DNA of 64,000 nt, taken from the NCBI GenBank assembly GCA_015060625.1, contig SUYC01000005.1, positions 41,270 through 105,269 on the forward strand. The letters are read 5' to 3'. The stretch is from Xylanibacter ruminicola. GTDB taxonomy: Bacteria; Bacteroidota; Bacteroidia; Bacteroidales; Bacteroidaceae. The notes under the pieces are model-generated. The model was given only the letters and a program-made list of their open reading frames with translations, did no database searches and was not told the DNA's origin. Position numbers and translations under genes: made by a program. Below, piece after piece: positions 33,628-43,761 of this stretch. Position 1 is the first letter of the stretch. The number at the start of each line of letters is the position of its first letter.

Positions 33628-35159
33628 TGAAAGCCGACGCAAGGAAAAACAACAAAAGAATAGTTAAGAACGTGTTTTTTCTTTATTTCCGCATGTTCTT
33701 AATTATTTCGGTGTCTCTTTATACTTCAAGGGTTGTCCTTAATGTATTAGGAGTTACCGATTATGGTATATATAATGTAATCGGTGGCGTAGTGGCATTG
33801 ATGGGGCTCTTAAATGGCGCAATGACTTCAGCGACAAATCGTTTTTTTGCATTTGAGTTAGGAAGAAATGATGAAGTAGGGTTAAAGAGAACTTTCTCGA
33901 TGTCAATTAACATTTATCTGATAGTTGCAATATTTATTGTCATTTTGGCAGAAACTATTGGCCTTTGGTTTCTTAATACCCAATTAGTCATTCCGGCAGA
34001 TAGACTGACTGCAGCAAATTATGCTTATCAGTTTTCTGTGCTTTCATGTATAGTTGCACTTTTTACCATACCGTTTAATTCTTCAATTATAGCACATGAA
34101 GACATGAATGTGTTTGCATATATCAGTATTGTTGATGTCCTACTAAAATTGGCAGTGGTATATCTGCTTAACCTATTCTCCTTTGACAAGCTTTGCTTTT
34201 ATTCAGCGCTTCTCTTTATAGTTAGCATCTCTATAACTATAAGTTATGGCATCTATTGTTGGTGTCATTATAAAGAATGTCGATACTCATTTGATTGGGA
34301 TAAGAGTTTGTTTAGGAAATTGTTGTCATACTCAGGATGGAATCTATTTGGAGCAACAGCTGCAGTTGTTAAGACCCAAGGTCTTAATATCTTACTGAAT
34401 ATGTTTTTTTCTCCTTCAGTAAATGCATCAAGGGGAATATCAGCACAAGTGAATGCAGGTGTTAATCAGTTTAGCAATAATTTCTTTATGGCTGTTCGCC
34501 CACAGATAATTAAATATTATGCTCAGAATGACTTGGATAATATGTTTAAGCTTGTGATTCGAAGCACGAAGCTAACATCTTTTCTGTTACTGGCTCTTGC
34601 AGTTCCATTGATATTAGATACACCATACATTATCAATCTTTGGCTTGGTCAGATGCCAGAATATGTGGTCATTTTCACTCGATTGATGTTGGTAATAAGT
34701 TTTGTGGAAGGAATTGCACATCCTATTATGACTTCTTGCCATGCGACAGGTCGCGTAGCATTATATCAGTCAGTTGTAGGATTAATGTTGATATTTAATG
34801 TGCCAATTTCTTATTTCTTTTTAAAGTTTGGATTTCAGCCTCCGGTTGTATATGTTATTTCATTTATAATTGCCATTTTGGCATTTTATGCTCGTTTGTT
34901 GATATTAAAACGCTTAATTCCCACTTTTCCAGTACTGAGGTTTAATTATGAAACAGTTTTCAAAGGAATAGTGGTTTGCGCTTTTTCTGTCTTTCTTCCT
35001 GGCTGGTTTCATCATTTTCATTCTGGGACGTTCTTAGATTTTCTGATTCTTATCCTAATATATGAAACATGCCTTATTATTTCTTTTTTTATCATTGGAT
35101 TAGATAAGACAGAGAGAAACAGTATTTTTTCGTTTGTACAGAGTAAAATCCATAAGTAA
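33627..35159 (+). CDS. wzx: Wzx-type polysaccharide flippase (MOP superfamily)
   Basis: KN..FLYFRM....VSLYTSRVVLNVLGVTDYGIYNV.GG, many TMs. Confidence 0.88.
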   Translation: MKADARKNNKRIVKNVFFLYFRMFLIISVSLYTSRVVLNVLGVTDYGIYNVIGGVVALMGLLNGAMTSATNRFFAFELGRNDEVGLKRTFSMSINIYLIVAIFIVILAETIGLWFLNTQLVIPADRLTAANYAYQFSVLSCIVALFTIPFNSSIIAHEDMNVFAYISIVDVLLKLAVVYLLNLFSFDKLCFYSALLFIVSISITISYGIYCWCHYKECRYSFDWDKSLFRKLLSYSGWNLFGATAAVVKTQGLNILLNMFFSPSVNASRGISAQVNAGVNQFSNNFFMAVRPQIIKYYAQNDLDNMFKLVIRSTKLTSFLLLALAVPLILDTPYIINLWLGQMPEYVVIFTRLMLVISFVEGIAHPIMTSCHATGRVALYQSVVGLMLIFNVPISYFFLKFGFQPPVVYVISFIIAILAFYARLLILKRLIPTFPVLRFNYETVFKGIVVCAFSVFLPGWFHHFHSGTFLDFLILILIYETCLIISFFIIGLDKTERNSIFSFVQSKIHK

Positions 35160-35169
35160 TTTCAAATAT

Positions 35170-36204
35170 ATGAATATTTTAATTATTACAGTATATAATC
35201 ATGATAACTGCGGTAGTTTCTACCAGGCTTATGCTTTGGGGCAAGTATTGGTACAACAAGGCCATAATGTGTCATATTTAGAAAGCCCATTGGTCGGAAA
35301 AGATTACAGTCGTGTATATGCAGTTTTAAAATACATATATAAAGGTGATTTCAAAGCCATTCCATATTTTCTTGCAAGACGAGGGAAATTTAAAGAGGCC
35401 CACAAACTTCTGCATGTATATAATTCTCCAACAGATCCAACTCCTGAAGTTGTTGTTATTGGTAGTGATACCCTATGGAATCATCAAAAATCATTTTATA
35501 GGGCTATGGCGGAAGAGTATCATGGATTGTCTTTCCCTCAATCTAAAGCGATTACCTACGCCATTTCTGTAGCGAATACTAGTTTAGGTGAATATGTCAA
35601 CACGATAACACCTTTTAAAGATAAGATAAACATTTGTCATTTCTTGGCCAGAGATTATCATACAAAAGAAATTATAGATGAGGCATACGGCTTGCAATCA
35701 GAAATAGTTTGTGACCCCACACTTTTACTTCATAAAGAAGATTATGACATTATGGCACGTCCTGTGTCAAAAGAAAAATATCTGTTGCTCTATTATTTTA
35801 GAGAAATGACTGTTTCTCAGAAAGAATATGTAAAGCAGTTTGCTGATAATTTCAAACTAAAAATAGTTACATTTAGTGTGAGAAAGCCTTGGGGTGATAA
35901 AATATTAAGTGCCTCTCCATACAATTTTATATCATGGTTTAAGGAAGCAGAATATGTGTTGACAGATACTTTCCATGGGACGGCTTTCTCTATTATTTTC
36001 GGAAAGAGATTTGCTGTTTATGATGAAAATAAAAATAAGGTAAAGGAGCTGCTTTTACAATATGGTTTGATTCAACACCTATTCAAAGATTTTAGAGATT
36101 TATGTGGTACAATGGAGCTGCAAAATGACGCGATTGAAAATGGCGTATATGAAAAAATAAGGGAGAATTCTTTAAAGTTGTTATATAAGGCTATTTCTGA
36201 TTAA
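35170..36204 (+). CDS. Polysaccharide pyruvyl transferase family protein
   Basis: NCGSFYQAYAL, VIGSDTLWN, CDPTLLL, TDTFHGTAFSIIF. Confidence 0.88.
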   Translation: MNILIITVYNHDNCGSFYQAYALGQVLVQQGHNVSYLESPLVGKDYSRVYAVLKYIYKGDFKAIPYFLARRGKFKEAHKLLHVYNSPTDPTPEVVVIGSDTLWNHQKSFYRAMAEEYHGLSFPQSKAITYAISVANTSLGEYVNTITPFKDKINICHFLARDYHTKEIIDEAYGLQSEIVCDPTLLLHKEDYDIMARPVSKEKYLLLYYFREMTVSQKEYVKQFADNFKLKIVTFSVRKPWGDKILSASPYNFISWFKEAEYVLTDTFHGTAFSIIFGKRFAVYDENKNKVKELLLQYGLIQHLFKDFRDLCGTMELQNDAIENGVYEKIRENSLKLLYKAISD

Positions 36205-36291
36205 TTTTTCAGAGGCTCTTTGTTTTGCTAAAGGCAAAATTGAAATTTTGTAATATCATTTTAGATGAGAATATAAACTCTAATATACTAT

Positions 36292-37515
36292 ATGAACGCT
36301 TCGCTGAAAAGGTTTAGTATAGCTGACTTTGTATATTTGTCAGGGCTTTTTGTAATGCTGATTAGTCAATATCTGACTGTAATAACCAATATTAAATTCA
36401 TTGGGGCAGCACTTTGCTTGATATATCTTCTTTTATCAGGAAATATAAATTTTGATAAAAAATATTATAGATGGATTCTGTCATTTAACGTTCTCTTTCT
36501 TCTTTCTTTTTTATGGTCCCCTAATGTTAAGGTCTCAGCTATTGTATTTTTTTCTCATTTGATTCCATACTACCTGTTGACATTTGCTACGATCAAATAC
36601 TTTAGCAGCTATCAAAAACTAGATACTATTTGTTTTGCAGTTTTTGTTAGTGGATTAATCTTGATTGCATATGTGGCCAATAATATGGATGAATTTGTAT
36701 TGGGTGAACGATTTGGAAGTGATTTAAATGATGATCCAGAAGAAAGGGCGTGGAATGTCAACTCAATAGGAATGTGCTTTAGTTATTCTATTTTTGCAGG
36801 TTTCTTTCTTTTTAACAAAAAAAATGTTGGATTAATCAGGAAAGCGTTGTTCATTTCTTCTTTTATACTTATGGGTTTTGCCGCGTTGTTAACAGGTTCT
36901 CGAAAAGTTCTGTTGATGCTGGTAATCCCAATTTTCTATTTCTCATATAATAGATTTAAAAAACATTTTCTTTTAGGATTAGTGTTACTTTTAGTTCTTG
37001 TAGGTGCCGGTTATTATTTGATAATGAACGTTGAAGCTCTTTATACAACAATTGGCCAACGAACTGAAGATATGTTTGCTGTTCTTTCGGGTAATGGAAC
37101 AGGTTATGAAGACAATTCGCGACAGCTCTTAGCTTTAAAAGGTTTAGAATGGTGGCAAGATAATCCAATCCTTGGCGTAGGAATAAATTGCTTCAAAGAG
37201 TTATCCAATGTAGATCCTCTGTTTAGAGGAAAACATTGGTATGCACACAATAATTATGTAGAGCTTTTAGTTGATGTTGGAGTTGTTGGTTTTTTTCTTT
37301 ATTACAGAGGGGTCTATTATTTATTAAGGGAATCGTTAAAGAAAAAATCAAATGCGATGTCATTCGTTTTTATAATGACAATAATGGTTTTGGTGTTGGA
37401 TACAGGTAATGTGTCTTATTATGACATGCGCGTACAACTCTTAATTGTTATACTTTTTGGAATTCTGAGATTGGAAAAGAAGAAAAATTTAATTAAAAGC
37501 TATGAAGCAAGTTGA
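36292..37515 (+). CDS. wzy: Wzy/O-antigen ligase-family polymerase
   Basis: About 11 TMs, LTGSRK, NPILGVG, HNNYVELL. Confidence 0.8.
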   Translation: MNASLKRFSIADFVYLSGLFVMLISQYLTVITNIKFIGAALCLIYLLLSGNINFDKKYYRWILSFNVLFLLSFLWSPNVKVSAIVFFSHLIPYYLLTFATIKYFSSYQKLDTICFAVFVSGLILIAYVANNMDEFVLGERFGSDLNDDPEERAWNVNSIGMCFSYSIFAGFFLFNKKNVGLIRKALFISSFILMGFAALLTGSRKVLLMLVIPIFYFSYNRFKKHFLLGLVLLLVLVGAGYYLIMNVEALYTTIGQRTEDMFAVLSGNGTGYEDNSRQLLALKGLEWWQDNPILGVGINCFKELSNVDPLFRGKHWYAHNNYVELLVDVGVVGFFLYYRGVYYLLRESLKKKSNAMSFVFIMTIMVLVLDTGNVSYYDMRVQLLIVILFGILRLEKKKNLIKSYEAS

Positions 37516-38752
37516 TATCATCATCTCCAGTGGTATAAACCATATTGGTGGCCCATTGGGTACTTTGAAGAGAATACTCTCTAAGAAGGATTACTTCGAG
37601 AGCCGCGGTTATAAAGTTAGTGTGTTTACTTTCGACTCTGTATTGAGAGGCCCTTATGAGGACATCTCAATGGTTCCTGTTGCCCGTTCACAATCTTCCA
37701 ATGTGACATGGCGGATGAAGGTGTCATCGCTTATTAGAAAGATGGCATTGAAAAGTAAGCTGCTGACAGATATTATTATATGGAAGAAATACAAAAAGAC
37801 GAAAGAGCTTATAAAGTATTACGTTGCATTAGACAGGAAGCCTGATATTGTGGAGCTACACTCTCATTATGATGGCTCTCACTACTATATGTACCGTAAA
37901 GATACTGCTCCAAAAACGGCAGTGTTTCTTCACAGTAATGGTATCCCATACGATCAGGAGCTAAGTACGTTCCCGCTACTGACAAAAACGCTATATTTCA
38001 AAAAATTGAAATCGCAGTTAGATTCGATGATCCGACAGGCAGATCTTTTGGCCTTTATAGCTAATATCGGACAGAAGAACTTCCTTGAACGTTATCCGAA
38101 TCGTTCAAAGGGTGATACTGTTGTAATCCGAAACGGTATCGATGATATAGGAGTCGATCAGATGGCTGTCTATAAGAGTATCAAGACAGAAAGCAATAAA
38201 TCGCCGTTTAAATACCGCCTAGTTACTGTCGGTACGGTTAGCTACAGAAAAGGACAAAGGCTCATTATTGAGACGTTGCATTCTTTGCCTCAGGACGTAC
38301 TGAAGGATATTCATGTGGACTTCGTGGGTGAAGGGCCTGAACGTCCGATTCTGGAAGAGCTTGTTGTAGAATATAATCTTGGTGAACACGTGAAGTTCTG
38401 TGGGAGTGTGCCAAATGTGGAAGTGTACAAGTACCTTGCCCAGAGCAATATCTATATACTAATGAGCAGCAATGAGGGATTGCCGATTTCTATACTGGAG
38501 GCTATGCGTGTTGGTATGCCAGTCATTGGAACAAATATCGCAGGAATCCCTGAGTGTATCGAGAATGGGTATAACGGTTTCCTGCTGGATCCTGACGAGA
38601 AGCAATTGTCAGACCTGCTAAAGAAACTTCCTAAATACGATTGGGAAGAGATGGGAGTCAATTCACGTGCTAAATTTGAAAGAGAATTCACATTTGAACG
38701 GATGATGAGAGAATTTTGTGATATGTATGACAAATTAACAAAAACGAAATAA
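37502..38752 (+). CDS. Glycosyltransferase family 4
   Basis: EGLPISILEAMRVGMPVIGTNIAGIPE. Confidence 0.9.
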   Translation: MKQVDIIISSGINHIGGPLGTLKRILSKKDYFESRGYKVSVFTFDSVLRGPYEDISMVPVARSQSSNVTWRMKVSSLIRKMALKSKLLTDIIIWKKYKKTKELIKYYVALDRKPDIVELHSHYDGSHYYMYRKDTAPKTAVFLHSNGIPYDQELSTFPLLTKTLYFKKLKSQLDSMIRQADLLAFIANIGQKNFLERYPNRSKGDTVVIRNGIDDIGVDQMAVYKSIKTESNKSPFKYRLVTVGTVSYRKGQRLIIETLHSLPQDVLKDIHVDFVGEGPERPILEELVVEYNLGEHVKFCGSVPNVEVYKYLAQSNIYILMSSNEGLPISILEAMRVGMPVIGTNIAGIPECIENGYNGFLLDPDEKQLSDLLKKLPKYDWEEMGVNSRAKFEREFTFERMMREFCDMYDKLTKTK

Positions 38753-38757
38753 TAACA

Positions 38758-40311
38758 ATGAGAGCAGTTTATGTATGTTGTATAGCAGATCCCTATATTG
38801 ATGTTGCTATACGGCTGAAAAAGGAAAAAGGTATAGAACCAATATATTGGATTAGCGATTTGGATTCTACACATGGCGACGTGGAAAATCTGGTAAAAAA
38901 AGAATTTCCAGAAATCACTTACCAGCGTTATTATGATGCATGGCACGGCGTATTTCCTAGGGAGATTGAGAATGCTTCTCATGAAGAGGGGATAGAAATA
39001 GATTTCCTAAAAAAGTTCTACAATGAGGAGTTACAGTCGTTGTCCATGATGGATAGAATGGATTATGACCGTAAGAGTTTCAATATGATGGAACGTGAGC
39101 GTTTTTTTCTGTCATTGGTTAGGAAATGGATGGCTTTTTTCAAATTGTATAAACCGGATATAGTTATAGCATCCAATAATCCCCATAGAGTTTTTGACCA
39201 TGTTCTTTATCTTGTGTGCAAATACAAAGGCATTCCTTATATTACCTCTATGTATACTCAGATGGTGGGAAGAATGTTCATGCTGGAGGATTTCCGCAAA
39301 CCAAACATCATAGGTGAGATAATGGATGAAGCTTATGCCCAGAATTTGGGAAAGGAAATAGATGTAACATTGCTACCAAGAGATATACAAGATAATTATA
39401 ATAGGCTTCATAAGGATTATAAGGATGCAAAACCCTATTATATGAACTCTTTTGATAAACTGAACTCCAAGAATAAAAACTATTTCTTCCTTATGCGTCG
39501 GTTTATATCTGATCACAACCTTCTCATTGGCGAAGACAAAATTCTTAAGGGGCAGAAACATACAATTTATAAAGAGGGGAAGCGAAGCCCAGAAGAATGG
39601 AACTTCTCACTCTGGGAATGGTATTCAATGAGAAAAGGGGCAGACAAATATAAGAAGTCTCTGTTTAATCATTACAACGCGATATCAGAAGAGGCACCGC
39701 TTGATGTACCATACGTGGCTTTCTTCCTGCACTATCAGCCCGAAGAAAACACCTGCCCCAATGCAGGCATGTTTGCCAACCAGTATCTGTGCATACTTTC
39801 CCTTCTGAGAAGCCTGCCTGATAATGTGATGATCTACGTGAAGGAGCATCCGCACCAGTTTATGTCACATATGCAAGGTCAGACAAAGAGAATCAAGGAA
39901 TTCTATGATGACTTGGCTGCAATCCCCAGGGTCAAGCTGATAAATTTCAGTATGGACTCCTTCTCGCTCATGGCCAATGCGATGGCAGTTGCAACTGTTG
40001 CGGGAACTGCCGGGTGGGAAGCTGCTGTGAAAGGGAAACCCGTTATTGTCTATGGTATGTCATGGTACGAACGTATGAAAGGTGTGATGAGAGTCACTGA
40101 CGATGAATCTGCGAAGCACGTCTATGAGTTCATTCAGAACTATAAGTTTGACAATCAGGCCGTGCTCGCCTATCTCTATACGTTTGCCCAAAAGTCCTAT
40201 ACAGGGTATAACTATAAGGGCTATAAGGAACTGACGGGATATTCCCACGAAGAGTCTGTTGAGAATATCTATAATGCATTAAATGCTGTAATTTTCAAGA
40301 ATAGCAAATGA
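38758..40311 (+). CDS. KpsS/LipB-like capsule biosynthesis glycosyltransferase
   Basis: FFLHYQPEE, YVKEHP, TVAGTAGWEA..KGKPVIVYG. Confidence 0.7.
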   Translation: MRAVYVCCIADPYIDVAIRLKKEKGIEPIYWISDLDSTHGDVENLVKKEFPEITYQRYYDAWHGVFPREIENASHEEGIEIDFLKKFYNEELQSLSMMDRMDYDRKSFNMMERERFFLSLVRKWMAFFKLYKPDIVIASNNPHRVFDHVLYLVCKYKGIPYITSMYTQMVGRMFMLEDFRKPNIIGEIMDEAYAQNLGKEIDVTLLPRDIQDNYNRLHKDYKDAKPYYMNSFDKLNSKNKNYFFLMRRFISDHNLLIGEDKILKGQKHTIYKEGKRSPEEWNFSLWEWYSMRKGADKYKKSLFNHYNAISEEAPLDVPYVAFFLHYQPEENTCPNAGMFANQYLCILSLLRSLPDNVMIYVKEHPHQFMSHMQGQTKRIKEFYDDLAAIPRVKLINFSMDSFSLMANAMAVATVAGTAGWEAAVKGKPVIVYGMSWYERMKGVMRVTDDESAKHVYEFIQNYKFDNQAVLAYLYTFAQKSYTGYNYKGYKELTGYSHEESVENIYNALNAVIFKNSK

Positions 40312-40940
40312 AGAATCTGATTATTATTGGTGCGGGCGGAATGGGCAGAACCGTCTACAGTAATGCACTCGAAAGTGTTGGCTATGGAGAATCTTATACT
40401 GTTAAGGGATTCATAGATGACAATCTAAATGCCTTGGATGGTTTTCCTAATTATCCGCCAATTATAGGCACCATCAAAGACTATATTCCACAAGAAAATG
40501 ACGTGTTTGTCTCTAGTATTGGGGGAGCTTCCCGTCGTCCGTGTATGGAAGAAATAATCAGTCGTGGAGGAGAGTTTATAGAGCTGATTCATAAGACAGC
40601 ACGAATCTATAAGAATGCCAAACTTGGAAAAGGAAACTTTATCGGCGCTTATTCCGTCATAGGCAATGATGCCGTGGTGGGTGACTACAATATGATACAG
40701 GCTTATTCTGTAATCGGACATGATGCTAAAATAGGCAGTTGGAATCGCATAGACACTCATGTGACTTGTGTGGGCGGTATTGTTATCGAAGACGAAGTGA
40801 ATATCCACACGTCAGCAGTCATCAATCATGGTGTGACAGTAGGCAGTAGTGCCCATGTCGGAGCATTGAGTTTTGTAATACGTAAGGTAAAGGCGGGAAC
40901 TACGGTAATGGGGAATCCTGCAAAAAAAATAGAAATATAA
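40308..40940 (+). CDS. NeuD/PglD-like acyltransferase
   Basis: LIIIGAGGMGR, hexapeptide repeats, VIGHDA.IG, MGNPAK. Confidence 0.85.
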   Translation: MKNLIIIGAGGMGRTVYSNALESVGYGESYTVKGFIDDNLNALDGFPNYPPIIGTIKDYIPQENDVFVSSIGGASRRPCMEEIISRGGEFIELIHKTARIYKNAKLGKGNFIGAYSVIGNDAVVGDYNMIQAYSVIGHDAKIGSWNRIDTHVTCVGGIVIEDEVNIHTSAVINHGVTVGSSAHVGALSFVIRKVKAGTTVMGNPAKKIEI

Positions 40941-40963
40941 TTTTAATTTTAAAATAGAATAAT

Positions 40964-41197
40964 ATGGAATTGAAAGATTTTATCCAGAATTTCGCAGAGC
41001 AGTTTGATGATACGCCTGCAAGTGAGTTTACAGCTGAAACTGTTTTTCATGAGTTAGATGAGTATTCATCGCTGATAGCACTGTCCATCATTTCGATGGT
41101 TGACGAAGAGTATGGGGTCATGCTTAGCGGTAATGAAATGAAGGCGGCTGTTACTATTGAAGATTTGTATAACACCGTAAAGAGTAAGGCAGAGTGA
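40964..41197 (+). CDS. Acyl carrier protein
   Basis: 77 aa, acidic, with phosphopantetheine Ser in EYSSLIAL. Confidence 0.85.
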   Translation: MELKDFIQNFAEQFDDTPASEFTAETVFHELDEYSSLIALSIISMVDEEYGVMLSGNEMKAAVTIEDLYNTVKSKAE

Positions 41198-41940
41198 TGT
41201 ATAATCCATTCTCATTGGAAGGAAAGAGCATTCTGATTACTGGTGCTGCTGGTGGCATTGGCCGTGCCATGGCCATCGAGTGTGCCAAGATGGGAGCAAG
41301 ACTTTTCCTGACGGATGTTGTAAAGGAAGGACTTGACGCAACGATAAGCCTGTTGGAAGGTGAAGGCCACAAAAGCATTGTGGCAGATCTGACCGATGAC
41401 GAGCAGCTTGACTCGCTGGTGTCAGCTCTTCCAGCCTTGGACGGCATGGTGAGCAATGCAGGTGTCACAAAGCCTGCTCCTGTGAAATTTATCAAGAAAG
41501 AGGATTTGCAGCGAATTGTTTCCATCAATGCAATGGCTCCAATCTGTCTCACCCAGAAACTGCTGAAGAAGAAAAAGTTCAATGACGGCGGCTCTTTGGT
41601 ATTTACCGTTTCTATAGGTGGCGTCTATACAACTGCACCTGGCAATGCTATGTATGGTGCATCGAAAGGTGCTCTTCAGGTGTTTGTCAAGAATGTGGCC
41701 TTGGAGATGGCTCCTAAACTGCGTTGCAACAGCATCAATCCAGGCATGGTGAATACTGGGCTGGTGAAGGGTGGTATCTACTCTGATGAAGACAAGGCGA
41801 AGGACCTTATGACTTATCCGCTAAAAAGGTATGGTGAACCAAGAGACATCGCACTGGCTGCGGTTTATCTGCTGTCTGACGCTTCGTCGTGGATGACAGG
41901 TCACTCTCTTATCATAGACGGTGGAAAAACGCTTTATTAA
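41197..41940 (+). CDS. FabG-like SDR oxidoreductase
   Basis: ITGAAGGIG, SNAG, YGASK, NSINPG. Confidence 0.9.
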   Translation: MYNPFSLEGKSILITGAAGGIGRAMAIECAKMGARLFLTDVVKEGLDATISLLEGEGHKSIVADLTDDEQLDSLVSALPALDGMVSNAGVTKPAPVKFIKKEDLQRIVSINAMAPICLTQKLLKKKKFNDGGSLVFTVSIGGVYTTAPGNAMYGASKGALQVFVKNVALEMAPKLRCNSINPGMVNTGLVKGGIYSDEDKAKDLMTYPLKRYGEPRDIALAAVYLLSDASSWMTGHSLIIDGGKTLY

Positions 41941-41948
41941 AAAAAGAC

Positions 41949-42674
41949 ATGTTATTAGAAAATAAAATTGCTATCGTGACAGGAGCTGGCCGAGGCATAG
42001 GTCGCGCTATCGCAGAGAAGTTTGCCAGCGAAGGTGCTATTGTCTATGCTGCAGATGTCCGTGAAGATGATTTGAAATGGACGGAGGAAAACACCTCTGT
42101 GCATAGCATTACTTTGGATATCTGTGACTTTGCAGCCGTTAAGAACGCTGTGATGGCCATTAAGAAGGAACATGGTCAGATAGATGTGCTCGTCAACAAC
42201 GCTGGACTTATCTCATACGAGATGATGAGCATGATAGACTATGACAAGTTTCGCAAAATGATTGAAGTGAACGTCGTAGCATTGATACACCTAATGCAGA
42301 TGGTGGCGAGAATTATGACACGCCGAAACGAAGGTTCTATCATCAACATGGCAAGTATGGTGGCAGTAAAAGGCGCTGCTGGCCAATTGTCGTATGCAGC
42401 AACGAAAGGTGCGGTCATCTCTGCTACCAAGTCGGCTGCGAAAGAGCTGGCCAACAATCATATCCGTGTGAATGCAATTGCTCCTGGTATGGTTGGGACA
42501 GAGAGGTTTAAGGCCGTCTTGAAAGAAAAATTTAGTCAAAAAATCAATGACATACCCTTTGGTCGCTTGGCAGAACCAGAGGATATAGCCAATGCTGCAC
42601 TCTATCTGGCTTCCGATATGTCATGTTACGTGACAGGTCAGGTGTTGGGTGTGGATGGTGCTGCTGTCATCTAA
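41949..42674 (+). CDS. FabG-like SDR oxidoreductase
   Basis: VTGAGRGIG, VNNAG, YAATK, NAIAPG. Confidence 0.9.
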   Translation: MLLENKIAIVTGAGRGIGRAIAEKFASEGAIVYAADVREDDLKWTEENTSVHSITLDICDFAAVKNAVMAIKKEHGQIDVLVNNAGLISYEMMSMIDYDKFRKMIEVNVVALIHLMQMVARIMTRRNEGSIINMASMVAVKGAAGQLSYAATKGAVISATKSAAKELANNHIRVNAIAPGMVGTERFKAVLKEKFSQKINDIPFGRLAEPEDIANAALYLASDMSCYVTGQVLGVDGAAVI

Positions 42675-42686
42675 AAAACAATAGTT

Positions 42687-43757
42687 ATGGCTTTATTTAC
42701 AATTAAGAACGTAAAAATCAAGGGTGTTTCAGCCGCTGTACCTGAGACAAAAGTATCTACATACGATTACGACTTCTTCAGTAAGGAAGATGCGGATACA
42801 TTCATCAAGACTGTAGGAATCGAAAATAGGTATGTGGCTCAGAATGGAGAATGTGCTTCTGACCTGTGTAAGTTAGCGGCCGACAAACTGATTGAAGGCT
42901 TAGGCTGGGAGAGAGAGAGTATTGGTATTCTTTCTTTTGAGTCTGTTACGGCAGATTATCGCACTCCGCCAACCTCATGCATCTTGCAGGATAGGCTTGG
43001 ACTGAGTACTGACTGTATGACCTTCGATCTGCCTATGGGATGCTGCGGTTTTCTCTATTCTGTGTGTGTAGTAGGAAAGATGATGCAGACAGGCGACGTG
43101 AACCGTGCTATTTTGCTGATAGGAGATACTATCACAAGGATGGGTTCGCCAAAGGATAAAAGCAGACTTCCCTTGTTTGGTGATTGCGGTACGGCTGTAG
43201 CCTTGGAGTATGACGAGAGTGCAGATGACATTATCATTGACATGAACTCATATGGTAAGGGTTTTGAGGCTCTGATTACACCGCACAGCGGTTTCCGCCA
43301 TCAGGTGACACCAGAGTCCTTTGAGTATGAGGACTTCGGCAACGGAGTGGTTCGTGCCCCGGTACACTCGCTAATTCAGGGCATGGACGTGTTTGCCTTT
43401 GCTATCTCCAGACCACCAAAGTCTATTAAGGCTCTGTTTGAGAAGTATGGTATCGACAAGGAAAAGGATATAGATTACTTCCTTATTCATCAGGCCAATA
43501 AACTGATTGTCGATAAGGTGGTGAAGAAATCTGGTCTTGACCTTGCTAAGACACCATCCAACATCAAGAATTTTGCAAACTTAGGTGGGGCATCTATCCC
43601 TATGCTGATGGTGTCGGAGATTGCAGATGACCTGAAGGGTAAGAAACTGAGTCTGATGGCTTCCGCTTTTGGCCTTGGTCTGACATGGGGTACGATGCTT
43701 TTCAAGACAGAGAATCTTATCGTACCAGAATTAGCTTTCTATAACAAGGAGGATTAA
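42687..43757 (+). CDS. 3-oxoacyl-ACP synthase III (FabH-like)
   Basis: Cys-His-Asn triad: MGCCGFLY, IHQAN, FANLGGASIP. Confidence 0.9.
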   Translation: MALFTIKNVKIKGVSAAVPETKVSTYDYDFFSKEDADTFIKTVGIENRYVAQNGECASDLCKLAADKLIEGLGWERESIGILSFESVTADYRTPPTSCILQDRLGLSTDCMTFDLPMGCCGFLYSVCVVGKMMQTGDVNRAILLIGDTITRMGSPKDKSRLPLFGDCGTAVALEYDESADDIIIDMNSYGKGFEALITPHSGFRHQVTPESFEYEDFGNGVVRAPVHSLIQGMDVFAFAISRPPKSIKALFEKYGIDKEKDIDYFLIHQANKLIVDKVVKKSGLDLAKTPSNIKNFANLGGASIPMLMVSEIADDLKGKKLSLMASAFGLGLTWGTMLFKTENLIVPELAFYNKED

Positions 43758-43761
43758 GCGT

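Noticed and set aside
42909-42918. (GA)5 in the FabH-like gene and (TA)5 at 57421-57430 in the GT2 gene as phase-variable tracts
   Set aside because: Too short to stand above background. Both frames are intact.
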